DNA of 64,000 nucleotides from Eledone cirrhosa (Eukaryota), in contig OZ024743.1 in NCBI GenBank assembly GCA_964016885.1, positions 138,198,001 through 138,262,000 on the forward strand, written 5' to 3'. The notes below the pieces were generated by a model that had not been told where the DNA came from, ran no database searches, and worked only from the letters and a program-made list of their open reading frames with translations. The translations under genes and the position numbers were made by a program. This document shows, one piece after another, positions 13,301 through 26,100 of the stretch; position 1 is the stretch's first letter, and each line of letters begins with the position of its first letter.

Positions 13301-15700
13301 GCTTGGTGCTTGGTGTTTGTTGCTTGGTACTTGGTGCATGGTGTTTGGTACTGTGTGCTTGGTGTTTGGTGCTTGGTGTTTGGTGCTTGGTGCTTGGTGT
13401 TTGGTGTTTGGTGTTTGATGCTTGGTGTTTGATGCTTGGTGCTTGGTGCTTGGTGTTTGGTGCTTGGTGTTTGTACTTGGTGTTTGGTGCTTGGTGTTTT
13501 GTGCTTGGTTCTTGGTGTTTGGTGTTTGGTGCTTGGTGCTTGGTGCTTGGTGTTAGGTGTTTCGTGCTTGGTGCTTGGTGTTTGGTGTTTGGTCCTTGGT
13601 GCTTGGTGTTTAGTACTTGGTGCTTGGTGTTTGTTGTTTGGTGTTTTCTGCTTGCTGCTTGGTGTTTGGTGCTTGGTGTTTGGTGCTAGGTGCTTGGTGT
13701 TTGGTGTTTGGTGTTTGGTGTTTGGTGTTTGGTGCTTGGTGCTTGGGGCTTGGTGTTTGGTGCTTGGTGCTTGGTGCTTGGTGCTTGGTGTTTGCTGCTT
13801 GGTGTTTGGTGTTTGGTCTTTGGTGCTTGGTGCTTGGTATTTGGTGCTTGGTGCTTGGTGCTGGGTGGTTGGTATTTGGTGCTTGGTGCTTGGTGTTTAG
13901 TGCTTGGTGCTTAGTGCTTGGTCTTTGGTGCTTGGGGTTTGGTGCTTGGTGCTTGGTGCTTGGTGTTTGTTGCTTGGTGTTTAGTGTTTGGTGCTTGGTG
14001 CTTGGTGTTTGGTGTTTGGTGCTTGGTACTTGGTGCTTGGTGTTTGTTGCTTGGTGTTTAGTGTTTGGTGCTTGGTGCTTGGGGTTTGGTGTTTGGTGCT
14101 TGGTACTTGGTGTTTGGTGCTTGGTGTTTGGTGTTTGGTGTTTGGTGTTTGGTGTATGCTGTTTGGTGTCTGCTTTTTGGTGTTTGGTGTTTGCTGTATG
14201 GTGTTTGCTGTTTGGTGTTTGGTGTTTGCTGTTTTGTGTTTGGTGTTTGCTGTTTGGTCTATGGTGCTTGGTGTTTGGTGTTTGGTGCTTGGTGTTTGGT
14301 GTTTGGTTCTTGGTGCTTGGTGCTTGGTGTTTGGTGTTTGGTGCTTGGTGTCTGGTGCTTGGTGTTTGGTGTTTGGTGTTTGGTGCTTGGTGTTTGGTGT
14401 TTGGTGTTTGGTGCTTGGTTCTTGGTGTTTGGTGTTTCGTGTTTGGTGTTTGGTGCTTGTTGCTTGGTGCTTGGTGCTTGGTGTTTGGTGCTTGGTGCTT
14501 GGTGTTTGGTGCTGGGTGCGTGGTGTTTCGTGCTTGGTGCTTGGTGCTTGGTGTTTGGTGTTTGGTGCTTGGTGCTTGGTGTTTGGTGTTTGGTGTTATA
14601 TGCTCGGTGTTTGATGCTTGGTGCTTGGTGCTTGGTGTTTGGTGCTTGGTGGTTGGTGTTTGTACTTGGTGCTTGGTGCTTGGTTCTCGGTGTTTGGTGC
14701 TTGGTGTTTGGTGCTTGGTGCTTGGTGTTTGGTGCTTGGTGTTTGGTGCTTGGTGTTTGGTGCTTGGTGCCTGGTGCTTGGTGCTTGGTGCTTGGTGTTT
14801 GGTGCTTGGTGTTTGGTGCTTGGTGTTAGGTGTTTGGTGCTTGGTGCTTGGTGTTTGGTGCTTGGCGTTTGGTGCTTGGTGCTTGGTGTTTGGTGTTTGG
14901 TGCTTGGTGTTTGGTGCTTGGTACTTGGTGCTTGGTGCTTGGTGTTAGGTGTCTGGTGCTTGGTGCTTGGTGTTTGGTTTTTGGTGCTTGGTGCTTGGTG
15001 TTTGGTGTTTGGTGCTTGCTGCTGGCTGCTTGGTGTTTGGTGCTTGGTGATTGGTGCTTGGTGTTTGGTGCTTGGTGTTTGGTGTTTGGTACTAGGTGCT
15101 TGGTGCTTGGTGTTTGGTGCTTGGTGCTTGGTGTCTGGTGTTTGGTGTTTGGTGCTTGGTGCTTGGTGTTTGGTGCTTGGTCTTTGGTGCTTGGTGTTTG
15201 GTGCTTGGTGCTTGGTGTTTGGTGCTTGGTGCTTGGTGATTAGTGTTTGGTGCTTGGTGCTTGTGGTTTGGTGTTTGGTGCTTGGTGCTTGGTGTTTGGT
15301 GCTTGGTGCTTGGTGTTTGGTGCTTGGTGTTTGGTTTTTGCTGTTTGCTGTTTGGTGTTTGGTGTTTGGTGTTTGCTGTTTGCTGTTTGGTATCTGCTTT
15401 TTGGTGTTTGGTGTTTGCTGTATGGTGTTTGCTGTTTCGTGTTTATTGTTTGCTGTTTGGTGTTTGGTGTTTGGTGTTTGGTGTTTCCTGTTTGGTCTTT
15501 AGTCTTTGGTGCTTGGTGTTTGGTGCTTGGTGCTTGGTGTTTGGTGCTTGGTGGTTGGTGCTTGTTGTTCGGTGATTGGTGCTTGGTGTTTGGTGGTTGG
15601 TGCTTGGGGCTTGGTGTTTGGTGCTGCGTGCTTGGTGCTTGGTGCTTGGTGCTTGGTGTTTTGTGTTTGGTGTTTGATGCTTGGTGTTTGGTGTTTGGTG
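7400..15700. repeat. More diverged ~5.2-5.3 kb-offset duplication (~7400-10450 vs ~12720-15650)
   Basis: Pseudo-ORF offsets 7431/12751, 7508/12828, 8088/13436, 9438/14618, 10063/15243. Same landmark order, including GGTGTATGCTG (~8663/14151). Confidence 0.75.
10150..12860. repeat. Tandem duplication, period ~1.33-1.54 kb, with whole-unit indels
   Basis: Pseudo-ORF offsets 10312/11647, 10753/12290, 11188/12572, 11444/12828. Shared markers GTTTATTG (~10254/11589) and GTGTTTTTTG (~11083/12467). Confidence 0.85.
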
Positions 15701-18700
15701 TTTGGTGCTTGGTGCTTGGTGTTTGGTGTTTGATGCTTGGTGCTTGATGCTTGGTGCTTGGTGCTTGGTGTTTGGTGCTTGGTGCTTGGTGATTGTACTT
15801 GGTGCTTGGTGCTTGGTGTTTGGTGCTTGGTGTTTGGTGCTTGGTGTTTGGTGTTTGCTCTTTGCTGTATGGTGTTTGGTGTTTGCTGCTTGGTGTTTGG
15901 TGTTTGGTGTTTGCTGTTTGGTGTTTGCTGTTTGGTGCTTGGTGTTTGGTGTTTGGTGCTTGGTGCTTGGGGCTTGGCGTTTGGTGCTTGGTGCTTGGTG
16001 CTTGGTGTTTGGTGTTTGGTGCTTGGTGTTTGGTGCTTGGTGCTTGGTGCTGGGTGTTTGGTGCTTGGTGCTTGGTGTTTGGTGCATGGTGCTTGGTTTT
16101 TGGTGTTTGTCGCTTGATGCTTGGTGCTTGGTGTTTGGTGCTTGGTGTTTGGTGTTTTGTGCTTGGTGCTTGGTGTTTGGTGTTTGATGCTTGATGTTTG
16201 GTGTTTGGTGCTTGGTGCTTGGTGTTTGTTGCTTGGTACTTGGTGCATTGTGTTTGATGCTTGGTGTTTGATGCTTGGTGCTTGGTGTTTGGTGCTTGGT
16301 GTTTGTACTTGGTGCTTGGTGCTTGGTGTTTTGTGCTTGGTTCTTGGTGTTTGGTGTTTGGCGCTTGGTGTTTGTTGTTTGGTGCTTTCTGCTTGCTGCT
16401 TGGTGTTTGGTGCTTGGTGATTGGTGCTTGGTGTTTGGTGCTTGGTGCTTGGTGTTTGGTGTTTGGTGCTAGGTGCTTGGTGTTTGGTGTCTGGTGTTTG
16501 GTGCTTGGTGTTTGGTGTTTGGTGCTTCGTGCTTGGGGCTTGGTGTTTGGTGCTAGGTGCTTTGTGCTTGGTGCTTGGTGTTTGGTGCTTGGTGTTTGGT
16601 GCTTGGTACTTGGGGCTTGGTGTTTGGTGCTTGGTGCTTGGTGTTTGGTGCTTGGTGCTTGGTGTTTGGTGTTTGGTGCTTGGTGCTTGGTGCTGGGTGG
16701 TTGGTGTTTGGTGCTTGGTGCTTGGTGTTTGGTGCTTGGTGCTTGGTGCTTGGTGTTTGGTGCTTGGTGCTTGGTGCTTGGTCTTTGGTGCTTGGTGTTT
16801 GGTGTTTGGTGTTTGGTGCTTGGTGCTTGGTGTTTGGTGCTTGGTACTTGGTGATTAGTGTTTGGTGCTTGGTGCTTGTGGTTTGGTGTTTGGTGCTTGG
16901 TGCTTGGTGTTGGGTGCTTGGTGCTTGGTGTTTGGTGCTTGGTGTTTGGTTTTTGCTGTTTGGTGTTTGGTGTTTGGTGTTTGCTGTTTGCTGTTTGGTG
17001 TCTGCTTTTTGGTGTTTGGTGTTTGCTGTATGGTATTTGCTGTTTCGTGTTTATTGTTTGCTGTTTGGTGTTTGGTGTTTGGTGTTTGGTGTTTCCTGTT
17101 TGGTCTTTAGTCTTTGGTGCTTGGTGTTTGGTGCTTGGTGCTTGGTGTTTGGTGCTTGGTGCTTGTTGTTTGGTGATTTGTGCTTGGTGCTTGGTGTTTG
17201 GTGTTTGGTGCTTGGGTCTTGGTGTTTGGTGCTGCGTGGTTGGTGCTTGGTGCTTGGTGCTTGGTGTTTTGTGTTTGGTGTTTGATGCTTGGTGTTTGGT
17301 GTTTGGTGTTTGGTGCTTGGTGCTTGGTGTTTGGTGTTTGATGCTTGGTGCTTGATGCTTGGTGCTTGGTGTTTGGTGCTTGTTGTTTGTACTTGGTGCT
17401 TGGTGCTTGGTGTTTGGTGCTTGGTGTTTGGTGCTTGGCGTTTGGTGTTTGCTGTTTGCTGTTTGCTGTTTGGTATTTGCTGTTTGGTGTTTGGTGTTTG
17501 CTGTTTGGTGTTTGCTGTTTGGTGTTTGGTGCTTGCTGTTTGGTGCTTGGTGTTTGGTGCTTGGTGTTTGGTGTTTGGTGTTTGGTGTTTGGTGCTTGGT
17601 GCTTGGGGCTTGGTGTTTGGTGCTTGCTGTTTGGTGCTTGGTGCTGGGTGTTTGGTGCTTGGTGTTTGGTGCATGGTGCTTGGTGCTTGGTGTTTGCCGC
17701 TTGGTGCTTGGTGCTTGGTGTTGGTGCTTGGTGTTTGGTGTTTGGTGCTTGGTGCTTGGTTTTTGGTGTTTGGTGCTTGGTGTTTGGTGCTTGGTGCTTG
17801 GTCTTTGTTGCTTGGTACTTGGTGCATGGTGTTTGGTGCTGGGTGCTTGGTGTTTGGTGCTTGGTGTTTGGTGCTTGGTTCTTGGTGTTTGGTGTTTGGT
17901 GTTTGATGCTTGGTGTTTGATGCTTGGTGCTTGGTGCTTGGTGTTTGGTGCTTTGTGTTTGTACTTGGTGCTTGGTGTTTTGTGCCTGGTTCTTTGTGTT
18001 TGGTGTTTGGTGCTTGGTGCTTGGTGCTTGGTGTTAGGTGTTTGGTGCTTGGTGCTTGGTGTTTGGTGTTTGGTCCTTGGTGCTTGGTGTTTAGTGCTTG
18101 GTGCTTGGAGTTTGTTGTTTGGTGCTTTCTGCTTGCTGCTTGGTGTTTGGTGCATGGTGCTTGGTGCTTGGTGTATGGTGTTTGGTGCTAGGTGCTTGGT
18201 GTTTGGTGTTTGGTGTTTGATGCTTGGTGTTTGGTGCTTGGTGTTTGGTGTTTTGTGCTTGGTGCTTGGGGCTTGGTGTTTAGTGCTTGGTGCTTGGTGC
18301 TTGGTGTTTGGTGCTTGGTGCTTGGTGTTTGGTGTTTGGTGCTTGGTGCTTGGTGTTTGGTGCTTGGTGCTTGGTGCTGGGTGGTTGGTATTTGGTGCTT
18401 GGTGCTTGGTGTTTGGTGCTTGGTGCTTGGTGCTTCGTGTTTGGTGCTTGGTGCTTGGTGCTTGGTCTTTGGTGCTTGGTGTTTGGTGCTTGGTGCTTGG
18501 TGCTTGGTGTTTGGTGCTTGGTGATTAGTGTTTGGTGCTTGGTGCTTGGGGTTTGGTGTTTGGTGCTTGGTACTTGGTGTTTGGTGCTTGGTGTTTGGTG
18601 TTTGGTGTTTGGTGTTTGGTGTTTGGTGTTTGCTGTTTGCTTTTTGGTGTTTGGTGTTTGCTGTATGGTGTTTGCTGTTTGGTGTTTGGTGTTTGCCGTT

Positions 18701-20150
18701 TGGTGTTTGGTGTTTGCTGTTTGGTGCTTGGTGCTTGGTGTTTGGTGTTTGGTGCTTGGTGCTTGGTGTTTGGTGTTTGTTGCTTGGTGCTTGGTGCTTG
18801 GTGTTTGGTGTTTGGTGTTTGGTGCTTGGTGTCTGGTGCTTGGTGTTTGGTGTTTGGTGTTTGGTGCTTGGTGTTTGGTGTTTGGTGTTTGGTGCTTGGT
18901 GTTTGTTGTTTGGTGTTTGGTGTTTGGTGCTTGTTGCTTGGTGCTTGGTGCTTGGTGTTTGGTGCTTGGTGCTTGGTGTTTGTTGCTGGGTGCTTGGTGT
19001 TTGGTGCTTGGTGCTTGGTGCTTGGTGTTTGGTGTTTGGTGCTTGGTGCTTGGTGTTTGGTGTTTGGTGTTATATGCTTGGTGTTTGATGCTTGGTGCTT
19101 GGTGCTTGGTATTTGGTGTTTGGTGTTTGGTGCTTGGTGTTTGATGCTTGGTGCTTGGTCCTTGGTGTTTGGTGCTTGGTGCTTGGTGTTTGTACTTGGT
19201 GCTTGGTGCTTGGTTCTTGGTGCTTGGTGCTTGGTGCTTGGTGCTTTGTGCTTGGTGTTTGGTGCTTGGTGTTTGGTGCTTGGTGTTTGGTGCTTGGTGC
19301 CTGGTGCTTGGTGCTTGGTGCTTGGTGTTTGGTGCTTGGTGTTTGGTGCTTGGTGTTAGGTGTTTGGTGCTTGGTGCTTGGTGTTTGGTGTTTGGTGCTT
19401 GGTGTTTGGTGCTTGGTGCTTGGTGTTTGGTGTTTGGTGCTTGGTGTTTGGTGCTTGGTACTTGGTGCTTGGTGCTTGGTGTTATGTGTTTGGTGCTTGG
19501 TGCTTGGTGTTTGGTTTTTGGTGATTGTTGCTTGGTGTTTGGTGTTTGGTGCTTGCTGCTGGCTGCTTAGTGTTTGGTGCTTGGTGATTGGTGCTTGGTG
19601 TTTGGTGCTTGGTGTTTGGTGTTTGGTACTAGGTGCTTGGTGATTGGTGTTTGGCTCTTGGTGCTTGGTGTTTGGTGTTTGGTGTTTGGTGCTTGCTGCT
19701 TGGTGCTTGGTGCTGGGTGGTTGGTGTTTGGTGCTTGGTGATTAGTGTTTGGTGCTAGGTGCTTGGGGTTTGGTGTTTGGTGCTTGGTGCTTGGTGTTTG
19801 GTGCTTGGTGCTTGGTGTTTGGTGCTTGGTGCTTGGTGTTTCGTGTTTGCTGTTTGCTGTTTGGTGTTTGTTGTTTGGTGTTTGTTGTTTGGTGTTTGCT
19901 GTTTGGTGTTTGGTATTTGGTGTTTGCTGTTTGGTGTCTGCTTTTTGGTGTTTGGTGTTTGCTGTATGTTGTTTGCTGTTTGGTGTTTGGTGTTTGGTGT
20001 TTGGTGTTTGGTGCTTGGTGCTTGGTGTTTGGTGCTTGGTGCTTGGTGTTTGGTGCCTGGTGCTTGGTACTTGGTGTTTGGTGTTTGGTGCTTGGTGCTT
20101 GGTGCTTGGAGTTTGGTGTTTGGTGCTTGGTGCATGGTGTTTTGTGTTTG
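15320..20150. repeat. ~4.8 kb block duplicated at ~32340-37160 (offset 17011-17018)
   Basis: Identical or near-identical pseudo-ORFs: 15506/32524, 15681/32699, 16858/33876, 17289/34307, 18528/35539, 19092/36103, 19745/36756. Confidence 0.92.
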
Positions 20151-23100
20151 GTCTTTGGTTTTTGGTGCTTGATGCTTGGTGCTTGGTGCTTAGTCCTTGG
20201 TGTTTGGTGCTTGGTGCTTGGTGTTTGTACTTGGTGCTTGGTGCTTGGTGTTTGGTTCTTGGTTCTTGGTGTTTGGTACTTGGTGCTTGGTGCTTGGTGC
20301 TTGGTGTTAGGTGTTTGGTGCTTGGTGCTTGGTGTTTGGTGCTTGGTGTTTGCTGTTTGGTGTCTGCTTTTTGGTGTTTGGTGTTTGCTGTATGGTGTTT
20401 GCTGTTTGGTGTTTGGTGCTTCGTGTTTGGTGTTTGGTCTTTGGTGCTTGGTGTCTGGTGCTTGATGTTTGGTGTTTGGTGTTTGGTGCTTGGTGCTTGG
20501 TGTTTGGTGCTTGGTGCTTGGTGTTTGTACTTGGTGCTTGGTGCTTGGTGTTTGGTGCTTGGTTCTTGGTGTTTGGTGCTTGGTGTTTGGTGCTTGGTGC
20601 TTGGTGTTTGGTGCTTGGTGCTTGGTGTTTGGTGTTTGGTGCTTGGTGCTTGGTGCTTGGTGTTAGGTGTTTGGTGCTTGGTGCTTGGTGTTTAGTGTTT
20701 GGTTCTTGGTGCTTGGTATTTGGTGCTTGGTGCTTGCTGCTTGGTGTTTGGTGCTTGGTGATTGATGCTTGGTGTTTGGTGCTTGGTGCCCAGTGTTTGG
20801 TTTTTGGTGCTAGGTGCTTGGTGCATGGTGTTTGGTGCTTGGTGTTTGGTGTTTGGTGGTTGGTGCTTGGGGATTGGTGTTTGGTACTTGGTGCTTGGTG
20901 CTTGGTGTTTGGTGCTTGGTGCTTGGTGCTTGGTGCTTGGTGCTTGTTGTTTGGTGATTGGTGCTTGGTGCTTGGTGTTTGGTGTTTGGTGCTTGGGGCT
21001 TGGTGTTTGGTGCTTGGTGCTTGGTGCTTGTTGTTTGGTGATTGGTGCTTGGTGCTTGGTGCTTGGTGCTTGGTGCTTGGTGCTTGGTGTTTGATGCTTG
21101 GTGTTTGATGCTTTGTGTTTGGTGTTTGGTGTTTGGTGCTTGGTGTTTGGTGTTTGATGCTTGGTGCTTGATGCTTGGTGCTTGGTGCTTGGTGTTTGGT
21201 GCTTGGTGCTTGGTGTTTGGTGTTTGGTGCTTGGTGCTTGGTGTTTGGTGCTTGGTGCTTGGTGCTTTTTGTTTGATGATTGGTACTTGGTACTTGGTGT
21301 TTGGTGTTTGGTGCTTGGGGCTTGGTGTTTGGTGCTGCGTGCTTGGTGCTTGGTGCTTGGTGCTTGGTGCTTGGTGTTTTGTGTTTGGTGTTTGATGCTT
21401 GGTGCTTGGTGTTTGGTGTTTGGTGCTTGGTGTTTGGTGTTTGCTGTTTGCTGTTTGCTGTTTGGTGTTTGCTGTTTGGTGTTTGGTGTTTGGTGTTTGC
21501 TGTTTGGTGTTTGTTGTTTGGTGTTTGGTGCTTGCTGTTTGGTGCTTGGTGTTTGGTGCTTGGTGCTTGGTGTTTGGTGTTTGGTGTTTGGTGCTTGGTG
21601 CTTGGGGCTTGATTTGGTGCTTGGTGCTTGGTGCTTGGTGTTTGGTGTTTGGTGCTTGGTGTTTGGTGCTTGGTGCTTGGTGCTGGGTGTTTGGTGCTTG
21701 GTGTTTGGTGCATGGTGCTTGGTGCTTGTTGTTTGTCGCTTGTTGCTTGGTGCTTGGTGTTTGGTGCTTAGTGCTTGGTGTTTGGTGTTTGGTGCTTGGT
21801 GCTTGGTGTTTGGTGTTTGGTGCTTGGTGTTTGGTGTTTGGTGCTTGGTGGTTGGTGTTTGCTGCTTGGTACTTGGTGCATGGTGTTTGGTGCTGGGTGC
21901 TTGGTGTTTGGTGCTTGGTGTTTGGTGCTTGGTGCTTGGTGTTTGGTGTTTGGTGTTTGATGCTTGGTGTTTTATGCTTGGTGCTTGGTGTTTGGTGCTT
22001 GGTGTTTGTACTTGGTGCTTGGTGCTTGGTGTTTTGTGCTTGGTTCTTGGTGTTTGGTGTTTGGTGCTTGGTACTTGGTGCTTGGTGTTAGGTGTTTGGT
22101 GCTTGGTGCTTGGTGTTTGGTGTTTGGTCCTTGGTGCTTGGTGCTTGGTGTTTAGTGCTTGGTGCTTGGTGTTTGTTGTTTGGTGCTTTCTGCTTGCTGC
22201 TTGGTGTTTGCTGCTTGGTGCTTGGTGCTTGGTGTTTGGTGTTTGGTGCTAGGTGCTTGGTGTTTGGTGTTTGGTGTTTGATGCTTGGTGTTTGGTGCTT
22301 GGTGTTTTGTGCTTGGTGCTTGGGGCTTGGTGTTTGGTGCTTGGTGCTTGGTGCTTGGTGTTTGGTGCTTGGTGTTTGGTGCTTGGCGCTTGGGGCTTGG
22401 TGTTTGGTGCTTGGTGTTTGGTGCTTGGTGTTTGGTGCTTGGTGCTTGGTGCTGGGTGGTTGGTATTTGGTGCTTGGTGCTTGGTGTTTGGTGCTTGGTG
22501 CTTGGTGCTTGGTGTTTGGTGCTTGGTGCTTGGTGCTTGGTCTTTGGTGCTTGGTGTTTGGTGTTTGGTGCTTGGTGCTTTGTGTTTGGTGCTTGGTGAT
22601 TAGTGTTTGGTGCTTGGTGCTTGGGGTTTGGTGTTTGGTGCTTGGTACTTGGTGTTTGGTGCTTGGTGTTTGGTGTTTGCTGTTTGGTGTTTGGTGTTTG
22701 GTGTTTGCTGTATGGTGTTTGCTGTTTCGTGTTTGGTGTTTGCTGTTTGGTGTTTGGTGTTTGCTGTTTGGTGTTTGGTCTTTGGTGCTTGGTGTTTGGT
22801 GCTTGGTGCTTGGTGTTTGGTGTTTGGTGCTTGGTGTTTGGTGTTTGGTGCTTGGTGCTTGGTGCTTGGTGTTTGGTGCTTGGTGTTTGGTGTTTGGTGT
22901 TTGGTGTTTGGTGCTTGTTGCTTGGTACTTGGTGCTTGGTGTTTGGTGCTGGGTGCTTGGTGTTTGGTGCTGGGTGCTTGGTGTTTGGTGCTTGGTGCTT
23001 GGTGCTTGGTGTTTGGTGTTTGGCGCTTGGTGCTTGGTGCTTGGTGTTTGGTGTTTGGTGCTTGGTGTTTTATGCTTGGTGTTTGATGTTTGGTGCTTGG

Positions 23101-26100
23101 TGCTTGGTGTTTGGTGCTTGGTGCTTGGTGCTTGGTCTTTGGTGCTTGGTGTTTGGTGTTTGGTGCTTGGTGCTTTGTGTTTGGTGCTTGGTGATTAGTG
23201 TTTGGTGCTTGGTGCTTGGGGTTTGGTGTTTGGTGCTTGGTACTTGGTGTTTGGTGCTTGGTGTTTGGTGTTTGCTGTTTGGTGTTTGGTGTTTGGTGTT
23301 TGCTGTATGGTGTTTGCTGTTTCGTGTTTGGTGTTTGCTGTTTGGTGTTTGGTGTTTGCTGTTTGGTGTTTGGTCTTTGGTGCTTGGTGTTTGGTGCTTG
23401 GTGCTTGGTGTTTGGTGTTTGGTGCTTGGTGTTTGGTGTTTGGTGCTTGGTGCTTGGTGCTTGGTGTTTGGTGCTTGGTGTTTGGTGTTTGGTGTTTGGT
23501 GTTTGGTGCTTGTTGCTTGGTACTTGGTGCTTGGTGTTTGGTGCTGGGTGCTTGGTGTTTGGTGCTGGGTGCTTGGTGTTTGGTGCTTGGTGCTTGGTGC
23601 TTGGTGTTTGGTGTTTGGCGCTTGGTGCTTGGTGCTTGGTGTTTGGTGTTTGGTGCTTGGTGTTTTATGCTTGGTGTTTGATGTTTGGTGCTTGGTGCTT
23701 GGTGTTTGGTGCTTGGTGCTTGGTGTTTGTACTTGGTGCTTGGTGCTTGGTTCTTGGTGTTTGGTGCTTGGTGCTTGGTGCTTGGTGCTTGGTGTTTGGT
23801 GCTTGGTGTTTGGTGCTTGGTGTTTGGTGCTTGGTGCCTGGTGCTTGGTGCTTGGTGTTTGGTGCTTGGTGTTTGGTGCTTGGTATTAGGTGTTTGGTGC
23901 TTGGTGCTTGGTGTTTGGTGTTTGGTGCTTGGTGTTTGGTGCTTGGTGCATGGTGTTTGGTGTTTGGTGCTTGGTGTTTGGTGCTTGGTACTTGGTGCTT
24001 GGTGCTTGGTGTTTGTATTTTGGTGCTTGGTGCTTGGTGTTTGGTGTTTGGTGCTTGCTGCTGGCTGCTTGGTGTTTGGTGCTTGGTGATTGGTGCTTGG
24101 TGTTTGGTGCTTGGTGTTTGGTGTTTGGTACTAGGTGCTTGGTGCTTGGTGTTTGGTGCTTGGTGCTTGGTGTTTGGTGTTTGGTGCTTGGTGCTTGGTG
24201 TTTGGTGCTTGGTGCTGGGTGCTGGGTGGTTGGTGTTTGGTGTTTGGTGTTTGGTGCTGGGTGCTTGGTGTTTGGTGCTTGGTGCTTGGTCTTTGGTCTT
24301 TGGTGTTTGGTGTTTGGTGCTTGGTTCTTGGTGCTTGGTGTTTGGTGCTTGGTGCTTGGTGTTTGGTGCTTGGTGCTTAGTGTTTGGTGCTAGGTGCTTG
24401 GGGTTTGGTGTTTGGTGCTTGGTGCTTGGTGCTTGGTGCTTGGTGCTTGGTGTTTGGTGTTTGGTGCTTGGTGCTTGGTGTTTGGTGTTTGGTGTTTGCT
24501 GTTTGGTGTTTGGTGTTTGGTGTTTGCTGTTTGGTGTCTGCTTTTTGGTGTTTGGTGTTGGCTGTATGTTATTTGCTGTTTGGTGTTTGGTGTTTGGTGT
24601 TTGGTGCTTGGTGCTTGGTGTTTGGTGTTTGGTGCTTGGTGCTTGGAGTTTGGTGCTTGGTGCTTGGTGCTTGGTGTTTTGTGTTTGGTGTTTGGTTTTT
24701 GGTGCTTGGTGCTTGGTGCTTGTTGCTTGGTCCTTGGTGTTTGGTGCTTGGTGCTTGGTGTTTGTACTTGGTGCTTGGTGCTTGGTGTTTGGTTCTTGGT
24801 TCTTGGTGTTTGGTACTTGGTGCTTGGTGCTTGGTGCTTGGTGTTTGGTGTTTGGTGCTTGGTGTTTGGTGCCTGGTGCTTGGTGCTTGGTGTTAGGTGT
24901 TTGGTGCTTGGTGCCTTGTGTTTGGTGCTTGGTGTTTGGTGTTTGCTGTTTGGTGTTTGGTGTTTGGTGTTTGGTGTTTGCTGTTTGGTGTCTGCTTTTT
25001 GGTGTTTGGTGTTTGCTGTATGGTGTTTGCTGTTTCGTGTTTGGTGTTTGCTGTTTGGTGTTTGGTGTTTGCTGTTTGGTGTTTGGTCTTTGGTGCTTGG
25101 TGTTTGGTGCTTGGTGCTTGGTGTTTGGTGTTTGGTGCTTGGTGCTTGGTGCTTCGTGTTTGGTGTTTGGTGCTTGGTGTCTGGAGCTTGGTGTTTGGTG
25201 TTTGGTGCTTGTTGTTTGGTGTTTGGTGCTTGGTGCTTGGTGTTTGGTGCTTGGTGCTTGGTGTTTGTACTTGGTGCTTGGTGCTTGGTGTTTGGTGCTT
25301 GGTTCTTGGTGTTTGGTGCTTGGTGTTTGGTGCTTGGTGCTTGGTGTTTGGTGCTTGGTGCTTGGTGTTTGGTGTTTGGTGCTTGGTGCTTGGTGCTTGG
25401 TGTTTGATGTTTGGTGCTTGGTGCTTGGTGTTTGGTGTTTGGTTCTTGGTGCTTGGTATTTGGTGCTTGGTGCTTGCTGCTTGGTGTTTGGTGCTTGGTG
25501 ATTGATGCTTGGTGTTTGATGCTTGGTGCTTGGTGTTTGGTTTTTGGTGCTAGGTGCTTGGTGCTTGGTGTTTGGTGCTTGGTGTTTGGTGTTTGCTGCT
25601 TGGTGCTTGGGGCTTGGTGTTTGGTACTTGGTGCTTGGTGCTTTGTGTTTGGTGCTTGGTGCTTGGTGTATGGTGTTTGGTGTTTGGTGCTTGGTGTTTG
25701 GTGTTTGGTGCTTGGTGCTTGGTGTTTGTTGCTTGGTACTTGGTTCATGGTGTTTGGTGCCGGGTGCTTGGTGTTTGGTGCTTGGTGCTTGGTGTTTGGT
25801 GTTTGGTGCTTGGTGTTTGGTGTTTAGTGCTTGGTGCTTGGTGTTTGTTTGCTTGGTACTTGGTGCATGGTGTTTGGTGCTGGGTGCTTGGTGTTTGGTG
25901 CTTGGTGTTTGGTGCTTGGTGCTTGGTGTTTGGTGCTTGGTGTTTGGTTTTTGCTGTTTGCTGTTTGGTGTTTGGTGTTTGGTGTTTGCTGTTTGCTGTT
26001 TGGTATCTGCTTTTTGGTGTTTGGTGTTTGCTGTATGGTGTTTGCTGTTTCGTGTTTATTGTTTGCTGTTTGGTGTTTGGTGTTTGGTGTTTCCTGTTTG

